Shown here: positions 48,174 through 58,363 of the stretch, one piece after another
How positions within the stretch are numbered: the first letter of the stretch is position 1
Layout of the letters: each line of letters starts with the position of its first letter
Virus record (IMG/VR): IMGVR_UViG_3300024317_000004
Coordinates: 1 to 64,000 of that record
DNA from: a virus
Strand: one strand, 5' to 3'
Length of the DNA stretch: 64,000 bases
Translations under genes and position numbers: made by a program
Notes under the pieces: generated by a model
Database searches by the model: none
What the model saw: only the letters and a program-made list of their open reading frames with translations
Told to the model about the DNA's origin: nothing

Positions 48174-50362
48174 GTGACGTCATCGTCTCCGCGGCGGATG
48201 AGGTCATCACGGTCGCTGCTTATCAGGGCACGCCCGGCCCCCCGATGCCTGCCGTGCGTCTAGCAACCGCTTCGGCATTGCCCGCGTTCACTGCAGACGT
48301 CAGCGGTATTACGTTCAATGCCAATGGACCCGTGACCCTCGATGGTCAAGCAACCGTCGCGGGCACCGATGTGCTGTCCAAGAACGAAGGCGGCGGGACC
48401 TCGATCTACAACCGAATCTTTACGGTGAAGACCGTCGGCGACTCGGGCACCCAGGAGCGATGGCTTTACAAGCAGAACGTCGCCTACAAGATCGGTTTCC
48501 CGGTTGTCGTCGGTCTTGGTGGTATCAATGCTGGGACATTTTGGCAGGTAGCCGTCGATGGCGCGATTACGCCCGGCACGACACCGCTCGCCTGGCAAGC
48601 GCCGATCAGCGGCAGTGGCGGAGGCGTATCGGACGGTACAACGATCCAGGGCAACGGGTCGCCTGGTAGTCCGTTTGCCGTCAAGGATGGCGGGATTCCT
48701 GACGCCAAGCTCACGAGCGCCTTCCTCAAGGCAGACGGCTCCGTTACGTTGGCCGCAAACTGGGCCGTTGGAAGTCATAAGATCACTGGTCTTGCCGATC
48801 CAACGTCTGCACAGGATGCTGCCACCAAGGCGTATGTCGATGCGGCCGCACAGGGCTTCGATCTCAAAGCCTCGGTCCGTTTCGCGACAACCACGAACGA
48901 CACATTAAGCGGGCTTGCAGCCAGAGATGGTGTGACGCCCGTTGCGGGCGACCGCGTCCTCGTCAAGAATCAGAGCGCCGCCTCCCAGAACGGGATCTAT
49001 GTCGCAGCTTCCGGAGCCTGGTCCCGCTCGACAGACGCCGACACAAGTGCAGAGGTCACCTCGGGCCTATTCACCTTCGTCTCCGAAGGCACGATCAACG
49101 GCGGCACTTCTTGGGCACTGACAACTGCGGATCCGATCACGCTTGGCAGCACAGCGCTTGCGTTCACGCAGACCCACGGGCCTGGAACGTACACGGCGGG
49201 TACCGGCCTTCAGTTGACGGGCACGCAGTTCGCAATTGACAGCACGGTCGTCACGCTCGCTGGCTCACAAGCACTCACCAACAAGACACTCACCTCGCCC
49301 ACGATCAACGGGTCGGCTCTAAGCGGAACGTTTTCAGGCAATCACACGGTTTCCGGACAAGCCTCGTTCACGGAGGCAACCGCGCCCATCATCAGCGCCA
49401 AGATCGGCCCCTCCTCCGGCCAGCAACACACCATCCCCACGGTCACCAGCAGCACGCTCGCAGTGCTCGGCGCCGCGCAGACCTGGACGGCAGTCCAGAC
49501 GCACTCGATCGACGATGGCGTACAAAACGACATTACCGATGTCGTCTTGGTGCGGCACACGTACAACGCGGGTAATGGCGCAAGCAACATTGCCGCGGGT
49601 ATGCTGTTTCAAACGGAGGACAGCGCCGGCAACGTTCAGGACACGGCACGCATCGCCGGCATTCTGACCAACGCAACATCGGGCAGCGAGACGAGCGCGA
49701 TCGACTTCTGGGCGTGGTCCTCGGGTGCGCTCACCCGCCGGATGCGTCTTGGTTCGGACGGCGGGCTGCTCGTTGGGAGCACCGCCGCACTCGGAGCGAT
49801 CGGTATTGGTATTCCGAACGCTACGTTCTTTTATGCACGCAACAATACGGACACCGGTTGGGTGCAGATGTTTCAGCTCAATGGCACGAGGCCGGAATTC
49901 GGCACGAACATTGGGTGCATGTTTCGAGGTCAACCGCTGCAGCTTCTGTCCGGGACAACGATTGATTTTTTCCCTGCGAACCAGACGGGACCTTCGATGA
50001 GTAACACCACCATGATGTGGGGGTGTAACGACGCAACGGCATCGGCTACAGACTTTACGCATCGTGGTGCGAACATCACGGGTACGAACGCGGCCGGTAA
50101 GACACTTGCAATACAGGCGCCTCTAGGCACAGGCACTGGCACCAACGGAATCCTCCGGTTCACGGGCGGCAAAGTCGGCTCCACCGGCACAACTGCACAC
50201 GCTCTAACCACCCTGATGGATCTTCAGCACAGTGCCGTGGATAACGACACGGTGATGTGGCTGACGATCCGCAAAGGCGGCGTCGACACGACCGAACGGG
50301 TCACTCTGGTAGCCGCCGCAAGCGTAGCGGGCTCCGGCCGCAACTTTCTGAGCGTTTCGTAA
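48170..50362 (+). CDS. Tail fibre protein (730 aa)
   Basis: Two VR.AT...DG.....G..VL.KN.....N.I modules; DAATKAYVD; LTNKTLTSPTI. Confidence 0.85.
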   Translation: MSDVIVSAADEVITVAAYQGTPGPPMPAVRLATASALPAFTADVSGITFNANGPVTLDGQATVAGTDVLSKNEGGGTSIYNRIFTVKTVGDSGTQERWLYKQNVAYKIGFPVVVGLGGINAGTFWQVAVDGAITPGTTPLAWQAPISGSGGGVSDGTTIQGNGSPGSPFAVKDGGIPDAKLTSAFLKADGSVTLAANWAVGSHKITGLADPTSAQDAATKAYVDAAAQGFDLKASVRFATTTNDTLSGLAARDGVTPVAGDRVLVKNQSAASQNGIYVAASGAWSRSTDADTSAEVTSGLFTFVSEGTINGGTSWALTTADPITLGSTALAFTQTHGPGTYTAGTGLQLTGTQFAIDSTVVTLAGSQALTNKTLTSPTINGSALSGTFSGNHTVSGQASFTEATAPIISAKIGPSSGQQHTIPTVTSSTLAVLGAAQTWTAVQTHSIDDGVQNDITDVVLVRHTYNAGNGASNIAAGMLFQTEDSAGNVQDTARIAGILTNATSGSETSAIDFWAWSSGALTRRMRLGSDGGLLVGSTAALGAIGIGIPNATFFYARNNTDTGWVQMFQLNGTRPEFGTNIGCMFRGQPLQLLSGTTIDFFPANQTGPSMSNTTMMWGCNDATASATDFTHRGANITGTNAAGKTLAIQAPLGTGTGTNGILRFTGGKVGSTGTTAHALTTLMDLQHSAVDNDTVMWLTIRKGGVDTTERVTLVAAASVAGSGRNFLSVS

Positions 50363-50372
50363 AGGAACCAAC

Positions 50373-50705
50373 ATGGCAACGCTGAAGCAGGTTTTTGACC
50401 TGGGAACGGACATTCCGATCCAGGATCGGTTGATTGCGTCCATGCGCCACCTGGCGAACTACATTCTGACGGCGGAGTCCTCGCCGGCCGACGCACGCGA
50501 GAATCTCGCAAGGGCCGTCTTGCGGGATGCGACCACCCATCGGCCGGCATTCCAGGTGCAGATCGCAGACAACGTTACAGCGCAAACGTCAGCCTATTCT
50601 GGCGGGACGTTGCATTCTGAGAATATTGTCGATTCGGACATTGATTACATCATTGGCGTGAGTTGGGACTTGGTTGCGAGTCTGTACTTCGCGCCCGCGG
50701 AGTGA
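50373..50705 (+). CDS. Fibre-associated protein/chaperone (putative)
   Basis: AAGGA RBS; follows the fibre gene. Confidence 0.55.
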   Translation: MATLKQVFDLGTDIPIQDRLIASMRHLANYILTAESSPADARENLARAVLRDATTHRPAFQVQIADNVTAQTSAYSGGTLHSENIVDSDIDYIIGVSWDLVASLYFAPAE

Positions 50706-50710
50706 CTCGT

Positions 50711-51025
50711 ATGAAGCAAATTCCAGAAAACGACGCCTTGCGCATTCTGGCGCATGGCCAAGAGCGGCGAGCGTGCAGTGCCGAGATGGACTTACTCGCG
50801 GAGCGTCACAGGCAACTGTCTCTGCGGCGTGACAAGGCGCAAGCCAGTATCCGCGAGATCATGAAACGAAACGGCCTTGATCCGGATGCACACGCCGTTG
50901 TGACCAGCGACGACGCATCGCAGCCACTTGGGGTCGTGGTGAACGCCAACACTGGCCAGCCGATCGCCGAAGAGCCACCGCCCGCGACCGATCAGTCTGT
51001 TTCCGCAGCCGATCAACCATCATGA
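50711..51025 (+). CDS. Small coiled-coil protein
   Basis: Coupled ORF. Confidence 0.5.
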   Translation: MKQIPENDALRILAHGQERRACSAEMDLLAERHRQLSLRRDKAQASIREIMKRNGLDPDAHAVVTSDDASQPLGVVVNANTGQPIAEEPPPATDQSVSAADQPS

Positions 51026-51588
51026 CACGAGTCCTCAGCGGTCTCTTCGCGCTCGCTTTGCTAGTGGCCTGCGGCGGCACGGGCGCGGACATGCCCCTTG
51101 GCGGGCGTGATGTCGCGGTGGCCATCGTGGACTGCGTGAGCCCACAGCGAGAGTGGATCACGGCTGAAGTGCAGTCGTTTGGCTGGCATGTCTCCGAAGC
51201 GGGTGAGGTCTCGGTCCGATGCGCGGACACGGGTGATCGAGGTGGCGCCGGCGAGTATCGCCTGGGCGCGAGCGAGGTGCTTCTCGATCCCACCAAGGCC
51301 GCAGGCGAGTTCGCAGCCAGGGCCGTCGCAGGTCACGAGTTGGTGCATTACCTACTTAGCAAGGGACCGCACCCAGAGACCGGCAGAATGCACGTGTGCA
51401 CCTGGCCGATCAACGATCCAGTGCCACCCAACTGCTACCCGTATGCGACCCCAAGCCGCGTCCTGATGTCCCCCTCGGGGCCTATGGAGTGGGATGATGA
51501 CCAGGAGATGTTCAGCCTGGACGTGGTGCCAGAGTACCGCGTGACGGAAGTGGATCGGCAATTCATCGAGTGGGCATTGCGGCCATGA
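51022..51588 (+). CDS. Lipoprotein with HExxH zincin motif
   Basis: Lipobox LVAC-G; VAGHELVHYL; Met-turn-like VLMSP. Confidence 0.7.
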   Translation: MTRVLSGLFALALLVACGGTGADMPLGGRDVAVAIVDCVSPQREWITAEVQSFGWHVSEAGEVSVRCADTGDRGGAGEYRLGASEVLLDPTKAAGEFAARAVAGHELVHYLLSKGPHPETGRMHVCTWPINDPVPPNCYPYATPSRVLMSPSGPMEWDDDQEMFSLDVVPEYRVTEVDRQFIEWALRP

Positions 51589-52025
51589 CCTTCGCGCAAT
51601 TCTTCGCCCTACTCGCAACGTTCGGCACGGTGGCGCTCGTGGTCATTCCGGTCGTGCGCCCGTACGTCAAAGACGCGCGTTACGCAAAGGCTCTGGAGAT
51701 CCTCGAAAAGCTAGCGTCGGCCGCGGTGGGCAGTCGAGTCCAGCGAGTCGTTGATTTGAAAGACCCTGCCAAGCCAGGCTATTGGTCGCCTGCTGCCGCG
51801 CTCTCAACCAAGCAGTCTGCGGTCGATGACGTTGTCGTGCAAGGGCAGCGCGCGGTTGACACGCTCAGAAAGCTCGGCGTCGAGCGACCCGAGTACCTGA
51901 TTGCGCAGATGATCGAGAGCGCGGTGACCGCACAGAAAGCCGCTCGGCCGGCAGGAGCCACTGCTGTGGCCGTCGCGCCCGCGATGCCTGCGTCGGTGAT
52001 TCAGACAGGAGGGAATGAACCGTGA
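51585..52025 (+). CDS. Holin-like membrane protein
   Basis: One N-terminal TM segment; C-terminal IESAV as in LL-H-type holins. Confidence 0.5.
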   Translation: MTFAQFFALLATFGTVALVVIPVVRPYVKDARYAKALEILEKLASAAVGSRVQRVVDLKDPAKPGYWSPAAALSTKQSAVDDVVVQGQRAVDTLRKLGVERPEYLIAQMIESAVTAQKAARPAGATAVAVAPAMPASVIQTGGNEP

Positions 52026-52210
52026 GTCTCATCCAGGTGATCATCATTCTGATCGTCATCGGCGTGCTGCTCTGGGCCATCAATTCCGTCATCCCGATGG
52101 ATCCCAGGATTCGGCAGATCATCAGCGCCGTGGTCATCGTGGCCGTGGTGCTGTGGCTACTGGCGGCGTTCTTCCCGGGCCTGGGGCTGTCAACGATTCG
52201 AGTGCGGTGA
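52022..52210 (+). CDS. Two-TM membrane protein (Thivi_2564-like)
   Basis: LIVIGVLLWAIN..IPMDP.I..II..VV...VVLWLL. Confidence 0.7.
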   Translation: MSLIQVIIILIVIGVLLWAINSVIPMDPRIRQIISAVVIVAVVLWLLAAFFPGLGLSTIRVR

Positions 52211-52214
52211 CCCC

Positions 52215-52487
52215 ATGCGAACCCTATGGATCATACCCGCGATCGGGCTGGTGGTTGCAGGTTGCCCCGCGATGCCAAAACCAGACGGCTGCACTCCTGG
52301 TGCCCAACGCTGCCACAACGACGTGCCCCAGGTCTGCTCGCCAAGCGGGCGATGGTCGAGCACGAGCCGGCCTTGCAGCCAGGTTGGCGCTCAATGCTGC
52401 AACACGCCCTCCGTCTACGATGGCCGGCCGATCTACACCTGTGCCACGCCGGCACGCTGTCTTGATGCCGACGGGGGTACGCCATGA
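52215..52487 (+). CDS. Cys-rich lipoprotein
   Basis: Lipobox VAGC; CTPGAQRC....QVC...G.W.....C. Confidence 0.65.
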   Translation: MRTLWIIPAIGLVVAGCPAMPKPDGCTPGAQRCHNDVPQVCSPSGRWSSTSRPCSQVGAQCCNTPSVYDGRPIYTCATPARCLDADGGTP

Positions 52488-53041
52488 AGAACGCCGATCC
52501 GGGCACCGCGGCAGCCTTTGCAAGCTTTATGCTGTCGCGATTCCGCGGTCTGCTGCTTCCCGAAGGCGCGGTATCGGCCCTCTTCAGCACGACCATCGGC
52601 TTTGATCCCACGAGGCTTCTCAGCGCTCGCGCGATGACGCTGGGCCCTGTCGTTTGGATGCGCGACGGCCTCTCGCCCGACGAGCAGATGGTCACGATCG
52701 TGCACGAGTGCGACCACTTGATCGCCTGGTGGGACAAGCCCGCGGAAGTCTCGTGGCTCTACCTGGCCAACGAGGAGTTCCGTGTCGAGCAGGAGGTACG
52801 TGCCTACCTCGCGGGGCTAGAGTTCACCTTCGCGCGCACCAAGCAGATTCCCGCCACGCTCGATGACGTGGTCGAGCCGATGCACCACGGCTACGCGTTG
52901 AGCAGTCGAGTCATCGCGTTTGCGCGTGCCAAGCTCGAGCAGGGCGCCACGATGGTGGCACAGGGGCTTGTGACCACGGATTCGGCACGCGTGGGGATTG
53001 ACTGGCTTGAGCATAACGCCAGCGAGTTGCTCGCCACGTGA
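52484..53041 (+). CDS. HExxH metallopeptidase-like protein
   Basis: AMTLG..V...VHECDH...EQEVRAY. Confidence 0.65.
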   Translation: MKNADPGTAAAFASFMLSRFRGLLLPEGAVSALFSTTIGFDPTRLLSARAMTLGPVVWMRDGLSPDEQMVTIVHECDHLIAWWDKPAEVSWLYLANEEFRVEQEVRAYLAGLEFTFARTKQIPATLDDVVEPMHHGYALSSRVIAFARAKLEQGATMVAQGLVTTDSARVGIDWLEHNASELLAT

Positions 53042-53514
53042 TACCGCTTCTGGCTCTGATCGCAGACAGCGAGGGCTCGGTTAGCTACCCGGTTTTCGCG
53101 GCGGCAATCGTTGGCATCTTCACGACGCTCGGAAGCGTCATTGCGATGCTTTACAGACGCGTCGAGCGCGACGCGCAAAAGTGCTTTGAGGACCGCGCGA
53201 ACGATCAGAAAGAACGCGCCTCGGAAAACAAGACGTGGGCGGATCGTATCGAAGCGCTGCACAAGGAGCGCGCGGCCGAGAACCAAGCGTGGTTTGGCAA
53301 GGCCGAGGCCCTGCATCGAGAGCACGAGACCAAGACCGAAAAGATGCTCGAGCAGGTCATCAAGATGGCTGATCGCAGCAAAGAGGTCGAATACGCCACG
53401 ATCGGCGCGATCACCGACTCCAGCAAGTCCATGCTCGGTGTGGGGCAAGCGGTGAACACTCTCGCCGAAAAGCTTAATGAGCGCAGAGCCGAGTCGCATT
53501 CTGCTCGTGGATGA
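53038..53514 (+). CDS. Membrane-anchored coiled-coil protein (holin/spanin-like candidate)
   Basis: One TM segment then the repeat ERA.EN..W....EALH x2. Confidence 0.55.
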   Translation: MIPLLALIADSEGSVSYPVFAAAIVGIFTTLGSVIAMLYRRVERDAQKCFEDRANDQKERASENKTWADRIEALHKERAAENQAWFGKAEALHREHETKTEKMLEQVIKMADRSKEVEYATIGAITDSSKSMLGVGQAVNTLAEKLNERRAESHSARG

Positions 53515-53866
53515 CAACCCCTTGATGCTGGACCATCACGCCGTGATGCTTCGGGTCGCTGGGTTCTCGGTGCGAGCAGAAAATAATCGTCGCGATGCGA
53601 TGCGTGCTCTCGCGAGCTATCGTCCGCACTTGATTGCGTCCGATATCCGCATGGAGCGCATGGACGACGGGTACGTGCTGTGCCGGCAAGTCCGAAGCGA
53701 TCCAGACATCGAGGACATTCCGATCATTCTGTATTCGGCGCAAGACGTCACCACCGAAACGAGAAACCAGGCCCAATCCGCGGGCGCGACGGCCATCCTG
53801 ATGACCCTGCCCGGTATTGATTGGCTCGTCAGAGAGATTCGATCGGTTCTGTCTTTGCCGCAGTAA
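53477..53866 (+). CDS. Single-domain response regulator receiver (CheY-like)
   Basis: ILLVDD, P.LI.SDI.M..MD.GY.LC, IPII.YSA motifs; the conserved KP is replaced by LP. Confidence 0.88.
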   Translation: MSAEPSRILLVDDNPLMLDHHAVMLRVAGFSVRAENNRRDAMRALASYRPHLIASDIRMERMDDGYVLCRQVRSDPDIEDIPIILYSAQDVTTETRNQAQSAGATAILMTLPGIDWLVREIRSVLSLPQ

Positions 53867-53962
53867 TTCCTGGCATTGCCACTGTCACGAGCTAGTCTCT
53901 AACAACAAACTGGCCCTCTGAACGCGCGAACGTTCGAGGGCCTTACCGACGCACGATAGGAG

Positions 53963-54664
53963 GTGCAGTCGATGGACACACGCAAGCATGCCCTGCCGCC
54001 CAGAGCAAGGGACCTTACGAAAGAGTCTCCGTTCGGTCGTTTGACCGTTATCGAGTACGCTGGCCTTACAGCAACCGGCAAACACAGAAGACCGCTTTGG
54101 CGGTGTCGATGCGAATGCGGAAAGATCTGCATCATACGGGCCAGCAGTCTGGTGAAAGGCGCCACTACATCCTGCGGATGCCTGCACAAGGAAGTTATTC
54201 TAAAGGCCGTCACGAAACACGGGCATCTCATCGGAGGAATGCCCCCAGAATACAGAAGCTGGGCAAAAGCCAAGTCTCGTTGCCACACGAAGAGTGACCA
54301 TTCCTTTGCCGAGTATGGCGCACGCGGCATCTGCATGTGTAGCCGTTGGCGCGATAGCTTCGCGGCATTCTACGAAGACATGGGGACGCGGCCGTCCGCG
54401 AAGCATTCCATTGATCGAAAGAATGGCGATCTTGGATACTGGTGCGGCCGCTGCGAAGAGTGCACAAGGAACGGCTGGATTGCCAACTGTCGCTGGGCAA
54501 CTCCGACACAGCAAAGTCGCAACCGGGCTCATGTTCGAAAGATCGCTTACAAAGGGCAGGAGTTGCTTCTGCCTGAATGGGCCGAGAAGCTAGGCATTCC
54601 CTACCGGACTCTGTACGACCGCCTCAAAAGAGGCTGGTCCGTTGACCGGGCTCTTAAAAAGTAG
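53963..54664 (+). CDS. HNH-type homing endonuclease
   Basis: FGRLTV, W.CRCECG, SCGC, YGARGI..C.RW, SIDR, NCRWAT..QQ.RN motifs. Confidence 0.9.
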   Translation: MQSMDTRKHALPPRARDLTKESPFGRLTVIEYAGLTATGKHRRPLWRCRCECGKICIIRASSLVKGATTSCGCLHKEVILKAVTKHGHLIGGMPPEYRSWAKAKSRCHTKSDHSFAEYGARGICMCSRWRDSFAAFYEDMGTRPSAKHSIDRKNGDLGYWCGRCEECTRNGWIANCRWATPTQQSRNRAHVRKIAYKGQELLLPEWAEKLGIPYRTLYDRLKRGWSVDRALKK

Positions 54665-54691
54665 TCGCGCTGGAACAAAGGATCCATTGCT

Positions 54692-56932
54692 ATGACCACA
54701 GCACCGAAGATTATTGCCCTGCAGTCTGCGGGCCCCGGAGTCCTGACGGCCGTTCTTGAGACCATCAACCAAGAGCCCAAGGGCTCTCAGCCAGACGTCC
54801 TCGACCTGGATCCGGCGCACTGGACGGTCAATGGCGCGCACCCAGTTGCGATCCACCGGTACTCATTGCCATGGTACGAGCAACCCAAAGCCGCAGACGG
54901 AACCTACGAGATCACGGTTCGTCACTCGGTGTTCTTAACGCTTGGGCAGCCTTTCGTAGACGCGACGTCCTACGCGGTTGCGTGCCCTTATGGGAACGCT
55001 GGGCTTGTGTTTGGCAATAGGACGACGTTCGCGTCGTGCATCAAGACCAACCAGTCTGCGTATGCAAAAGCATCCACCGCGCGGTTCGCGAACCTCGGGG
55101 TGTGGCTCGGCGACGGGGGCCCGATGGCCCTCAGTCCTTTGCCGGCGTACGAAGTCATTCGCGAGTCGGATGGCGCGGTCATCTACAAAGGAACCGCCGC
55201 GGCGGGCATCGATGACACTGGGTTAGCGGGGCCTAAGAGCGGGGAAATTGTCCATCGCCTGGATCTGAGCGCAGTCCCCGAGGGCGGCGCTTATTTTGTG
55301 AGTGTTCCGGGTATCGGCAGAAGCCGATCGTTTTGGGTTGGCGGCGACGTTGAGCGCAGGACCGCCATCGTTGCACTGCACAGCTTGACGATCGCTCGGT
55401 GTGGGCAGGAACTCAAGGAACCGTGGTCGCCATGGGCAAGGCCTGCGTGCCACCCACGCGTTACGGACGCGCGGTCACCCTATCCGGGCAGCGGGTTTAT
55501 TCAGGTACCCAGTGGCGCGCAGACATTCGAGATGCGCGGCATGCGGCACGACGCCGGGGACTTTGACAGAAACCCCAACCACGCCATCATTCCAATCTTA
55601 CTGCTTACCTACTTCGAAGCGTGGCCCAGTCACTTCACCGATCGGCAGTATGACATTCCGGAGTCTGGAAACGGCACGCCGGACCTGCTGGACGAGGCCC
55701 TTTGGGATGTCCTGGGGCTTGAGCATCTCCAGATTACCGATGCGAATGACCCGCTCAATGGCGGAGTTCGCAGCGGTACCGAGCAAGCGCGCCATCCAGA
55801 CTACGGAATTGATAACGCGGTACTCGACAAGGGTGTGTACTCCACGTGGGGGGTGGACGGTCAGGCTGATTCGCCCGGCGAAGGCTTTACCGCCTTTGCG
55901 GCCGGGATCTTTGCTCAGGCAAGTCGATTGGTTCGCCCCTACGACGCGGCACATGCAGACGATCTGCTCGGAAGAGCACGTCTCGCGTGGGGCTATCACG
56001 CCAGCCACAACACCGCGACGGCGATCAAGGCATACAATCTTTACGCCTCGCTTCAGCTCTATCTGACGACGGGCGAAAGCCCGTTCCATGATCTGTTCAA
56101 GGCGCAAGCGAACGCGATTCTCGTAAAGGATGGCAGTTGGCCCGTTCAGTATCGAGGCGGCAATCTGGCCGCGAAAGTGCAGACCGTGCACTTTGCCTCG
56201 TACACGCTACCCACATCACGCGCTGTCGATGCGACGTTGGTCGATGCGATCAAGGCACGCGTGATTCGGGAGGCCGACCAGGGCGGGTATCACGGAATTC
56301 ATCCGCTCACCGACCCATATCCCGTGGGTGCAACGAAGTTCCTGGGATACGGAGCACTGACCGCACCGGGCCGGAACGACGCAGATGCGTTTGCGAGTCT
56401 CTACGAGACCGACCCCGCCAAGAAGCAGCAGCGCATCAACAAGATGAGCCTGCTTGCTGACGGCATCCTTGGACTCAATGCCATGGGCATGAGCTATGTG
56501 GTCGGCATCGGGACCGATCAACCGAATTGCCCGGGGCACCTGGATAGCTTCTTCGCGGAGAAAGACACGCTCCACCCCATCCCAGGTGTCATGGTGTACG
56601 GGCCGAGCGAAGGACGCAGCGGCTACGACTACCAGATGACCATCACGAACAAGCTCGTTCCCTCCTACGAGCAACTGCCAATTGGCAGGCGTTTCGTGCA
56701 TGCCTGGGCATCGATTTTAAACGCGGAAGACACCATATGGGAGGTGCGCGTCTGGTTCGCCGTCCTGATGGCCTTCCTCCACGACGCCTCCAAAGACCCT
56801 GCACCCACGCTCCCGCCTCCGCCACAGCCGAGTACCGGCGTCACGCTCACAGCAGACCAATGCGATCGGTTTACACGTGCTGTTAGCGACCTCAACGCGA
56901 TCCGCGACGAGCTGGGCTTGAAAGCCAGCTAA
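54692..56932 (+). CDS. Glycoside hydrolase family 9 with N-terminal Ig-like domain
   Basis: HDAGDFDR, PESGNG.PDLLDEA.W, LG.N..GMSYVVGIG, E.TI motifs. Confidence 0.88.
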   Translation: MTTAPKIIALQSAGPGVLTAVLETINQEPKGSQPDVLDLDPAHWTVNGAHPVAIHRYSLPWYEQPKAADGTYEITVRHSVFLTLGQPFVDATSYAVACPYGNAGLVFGNRTTFASCIKTNQSAYAKASTARFANLGVWLGDGGPMALSPLPAYEVIRESDGAVIYKGTAAAGIDDTGLAGPKSGEIVHRLDLSAVPEGGAYFVSVPGIGRSRSFWVGGDVERRTAIVALHSLTIARCGQELKEPWSPWARPACHPRVTDARSPYPGSGFIQVPSGAQTFEMRGMRHDAGDFDRNPNHAIIPILLLTYFEAWPSHFTDRQYDIPESGNGTPDLLDEALWDVLGLEHLQITDANDPLNGGVRSGTEQARHPDYGIDNAVLDKGVYSTWGVDGQADSPGEGFTAFAAGIFAQASRLVRPYDAAHADDLLGRARLAWGYHASHNTATAIKAYNLYASLQLYLTTGESPFHDLFKAQANAILVKDGSWPVQYRGGNLAAKVQTVHFASYTLPTSRAVDATLVDAIKARVIREADQGGYHGIHPLTDPYPVGATKFLGYGALTAPGRNDADAFASLYETDPAKKQQRINKMSLLADGILGLNAMGMSYVVGIGTDQPNCPGHLDSFFAEKDTLHPIPGVMVYGPSEGRSGYDYQMTITNKLVPSYEQLPIGRRFVHAWASILNAEDTIWEVRVWFAVLMAFLHDASKDPAPTLPPPPQPSTGVTLTADQCDRFTRAVSDLNAIRDELGLKAS

Positions 56933-56949
56933 ACAAACAGGAGATTTTC

Positions 56950-57978
56950 TTGACGACTTCGATTGCGATTTTCCACAAAGACCTGAGCCAAGCGAGCGCG
57001 CGCTATTCACACATTGCGCTTGGCGTCGGCGCCATGCACACCGCAAAGGTCCTGCGGGCACACGGCATTCGCGCGCGGGTGTTTGCCGTGAAGACCCCGG
57101 AGCAGATCGCCGAGATTCTCTCGACACACGGTCCAGTCAAGTTCGCAGTGCTCGAAGCGCCGTGGATCAAAACAAAGGCCATCGAAGAGCTAATCAGCCT
57201 GTTCCCGTCCACCGAGTTTCTGCTGCGCTGCCATTCACAAGTGGCATTTTTGCAGGTCGATCAAAACGCGGTCCGCCTGGTCCGGGAAGCGTTGCGCTTG
57301 CAAGAGATCAGCACGAACTTCCGCGTCTGTGGCAATTCCAAGCGGCTCTGCGATTTCCTTCGGGTCGCGTACGGATCACAGTGCCTCTTGCTGCCAAACC
57401 TGTACGACATTCATCGCGAAAAGCGACGGCACCGACCCTTGCCACGCGTCGGTCCCATCAAGATCGGATCGTTTGGCGCGAGCCGAATCCTCAAGTTCCA
57501 TTCGACGGCTGCTGCCGCCGCCCTGATGGTCGCAAGAAACCGCGGCACGGACCTAAGCTTCTATCTCAACGTCGGACGCGATGACCCTGGCGAGTGGATC
57601 CTCAACGCGATCCGCCAGATGTTTGCAGACGTGCCGTGGGCCAAGCTCATCGAGATTCCGTGGTGCCCATGGCCAGAGTTCCGTCATCAGATTGCGACGA
57701 TGGACGTGTGTCTACAGCTCTCGGCGACCGAGAGTTTCAACATCGTGACCGCTGATGCGGTTGCGGAAGGTGTCCCGAGCGTCGTAGGCCCTGCGATCGA
57801 CTGGGTGCCATCCTATTGGCAGGCGCCCATTGATGATCCTGCGGCCGTCGCACGCACCGCAGAGGTCCTGCTCGACGATCGCTATGCGCCCGAAGATGGG
57901 TTCAAGGCGCTCACAGAGTACGACGAGATGAGCGTGGCGGTGTGGAAGAAGACCCTCGCCACAGCGCTCGAGGACTAA
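56950..57978 (+). CDS. GT-B (GT4-like) glycosyltransferase
   Basis: IG.FG..R..K; MDV.LQ.S.TESFNIV.ADA...GVP.V. Confidence 0.85.
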   Translation: MTTSIAIFHKDLSQASARYSHIALGVGAMHTAKVLRAHGIRARVFAVKTPEQIAEILSTHGPVKFAVLEAPWIKTKAIEELISLFPSTEFLLRCHSQVAFLQVDQNAVRLVREALRLQEISTNFRVCGNSKRLCDFLRVAYGSQCLLLPNLYDIHREKRRHRPLPRVGPIKIGSFGASRILKFHSTAAAAALMVARNRGTDLSFYLNVGRDDPGEWILNAIRQMFADVPWAKLIEIPWCPWPEFRHQIATMDVCLQLSATESFNIVTADAVAEGVPSVVGPAIDWVPSYWQAPIDDPAAVARTAEVLLDDRYAPEDGFKALTEYDEMSVAVWKKTLATALED

Positions 57979-57996
57979 CCAAACGAAAGCAGGTGC

Positions 57997-58197
57997 ATGA
58001 TGGTACGAGCGAAGTTCAAGTGCGAGTCGGCCCACGAGAACGGTTACGCGATGCTGCGTGCCGTGTACGGACCGGAAAACGAACCGTGGTCCACCGCAAC
58101 GCCACACGGCGAGCTGCAAATCACGATCAGCAATCCCACTGCTCCCAAGTTCGAGGTGGGCAAGTGCTACTACCTGGACTTTTCGCCGGCGGAGTGA
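57997..58197 (+). CDS. Small conserved-type phage protein
   Basis: RAKF.C...EN..W..ATP.G......NP...F..G..YYLDF. Confidence 0.7.
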   Translation: MMVRAKFKCESAHENGYAMLRAVYGPENEPWSTATPHGELQITISNPTAPKFEVGKCYYLDFSPAE

Positions 58198-58363
58198 AGA
58201 AGACATTCGATGCCAAGTATCTGCGCGCTGGCGATAAAGTCCGCGTGTTCTCGTCCGGCCGATTCGGCTGCGTGATAAAGACAGCGTACCGGGAATGCCT
58301 TGTGACGCTGGACGGGGAACATGAGCCCGTTTGGGTGCCAACGCTTTACTTGGATGGTGTCTA

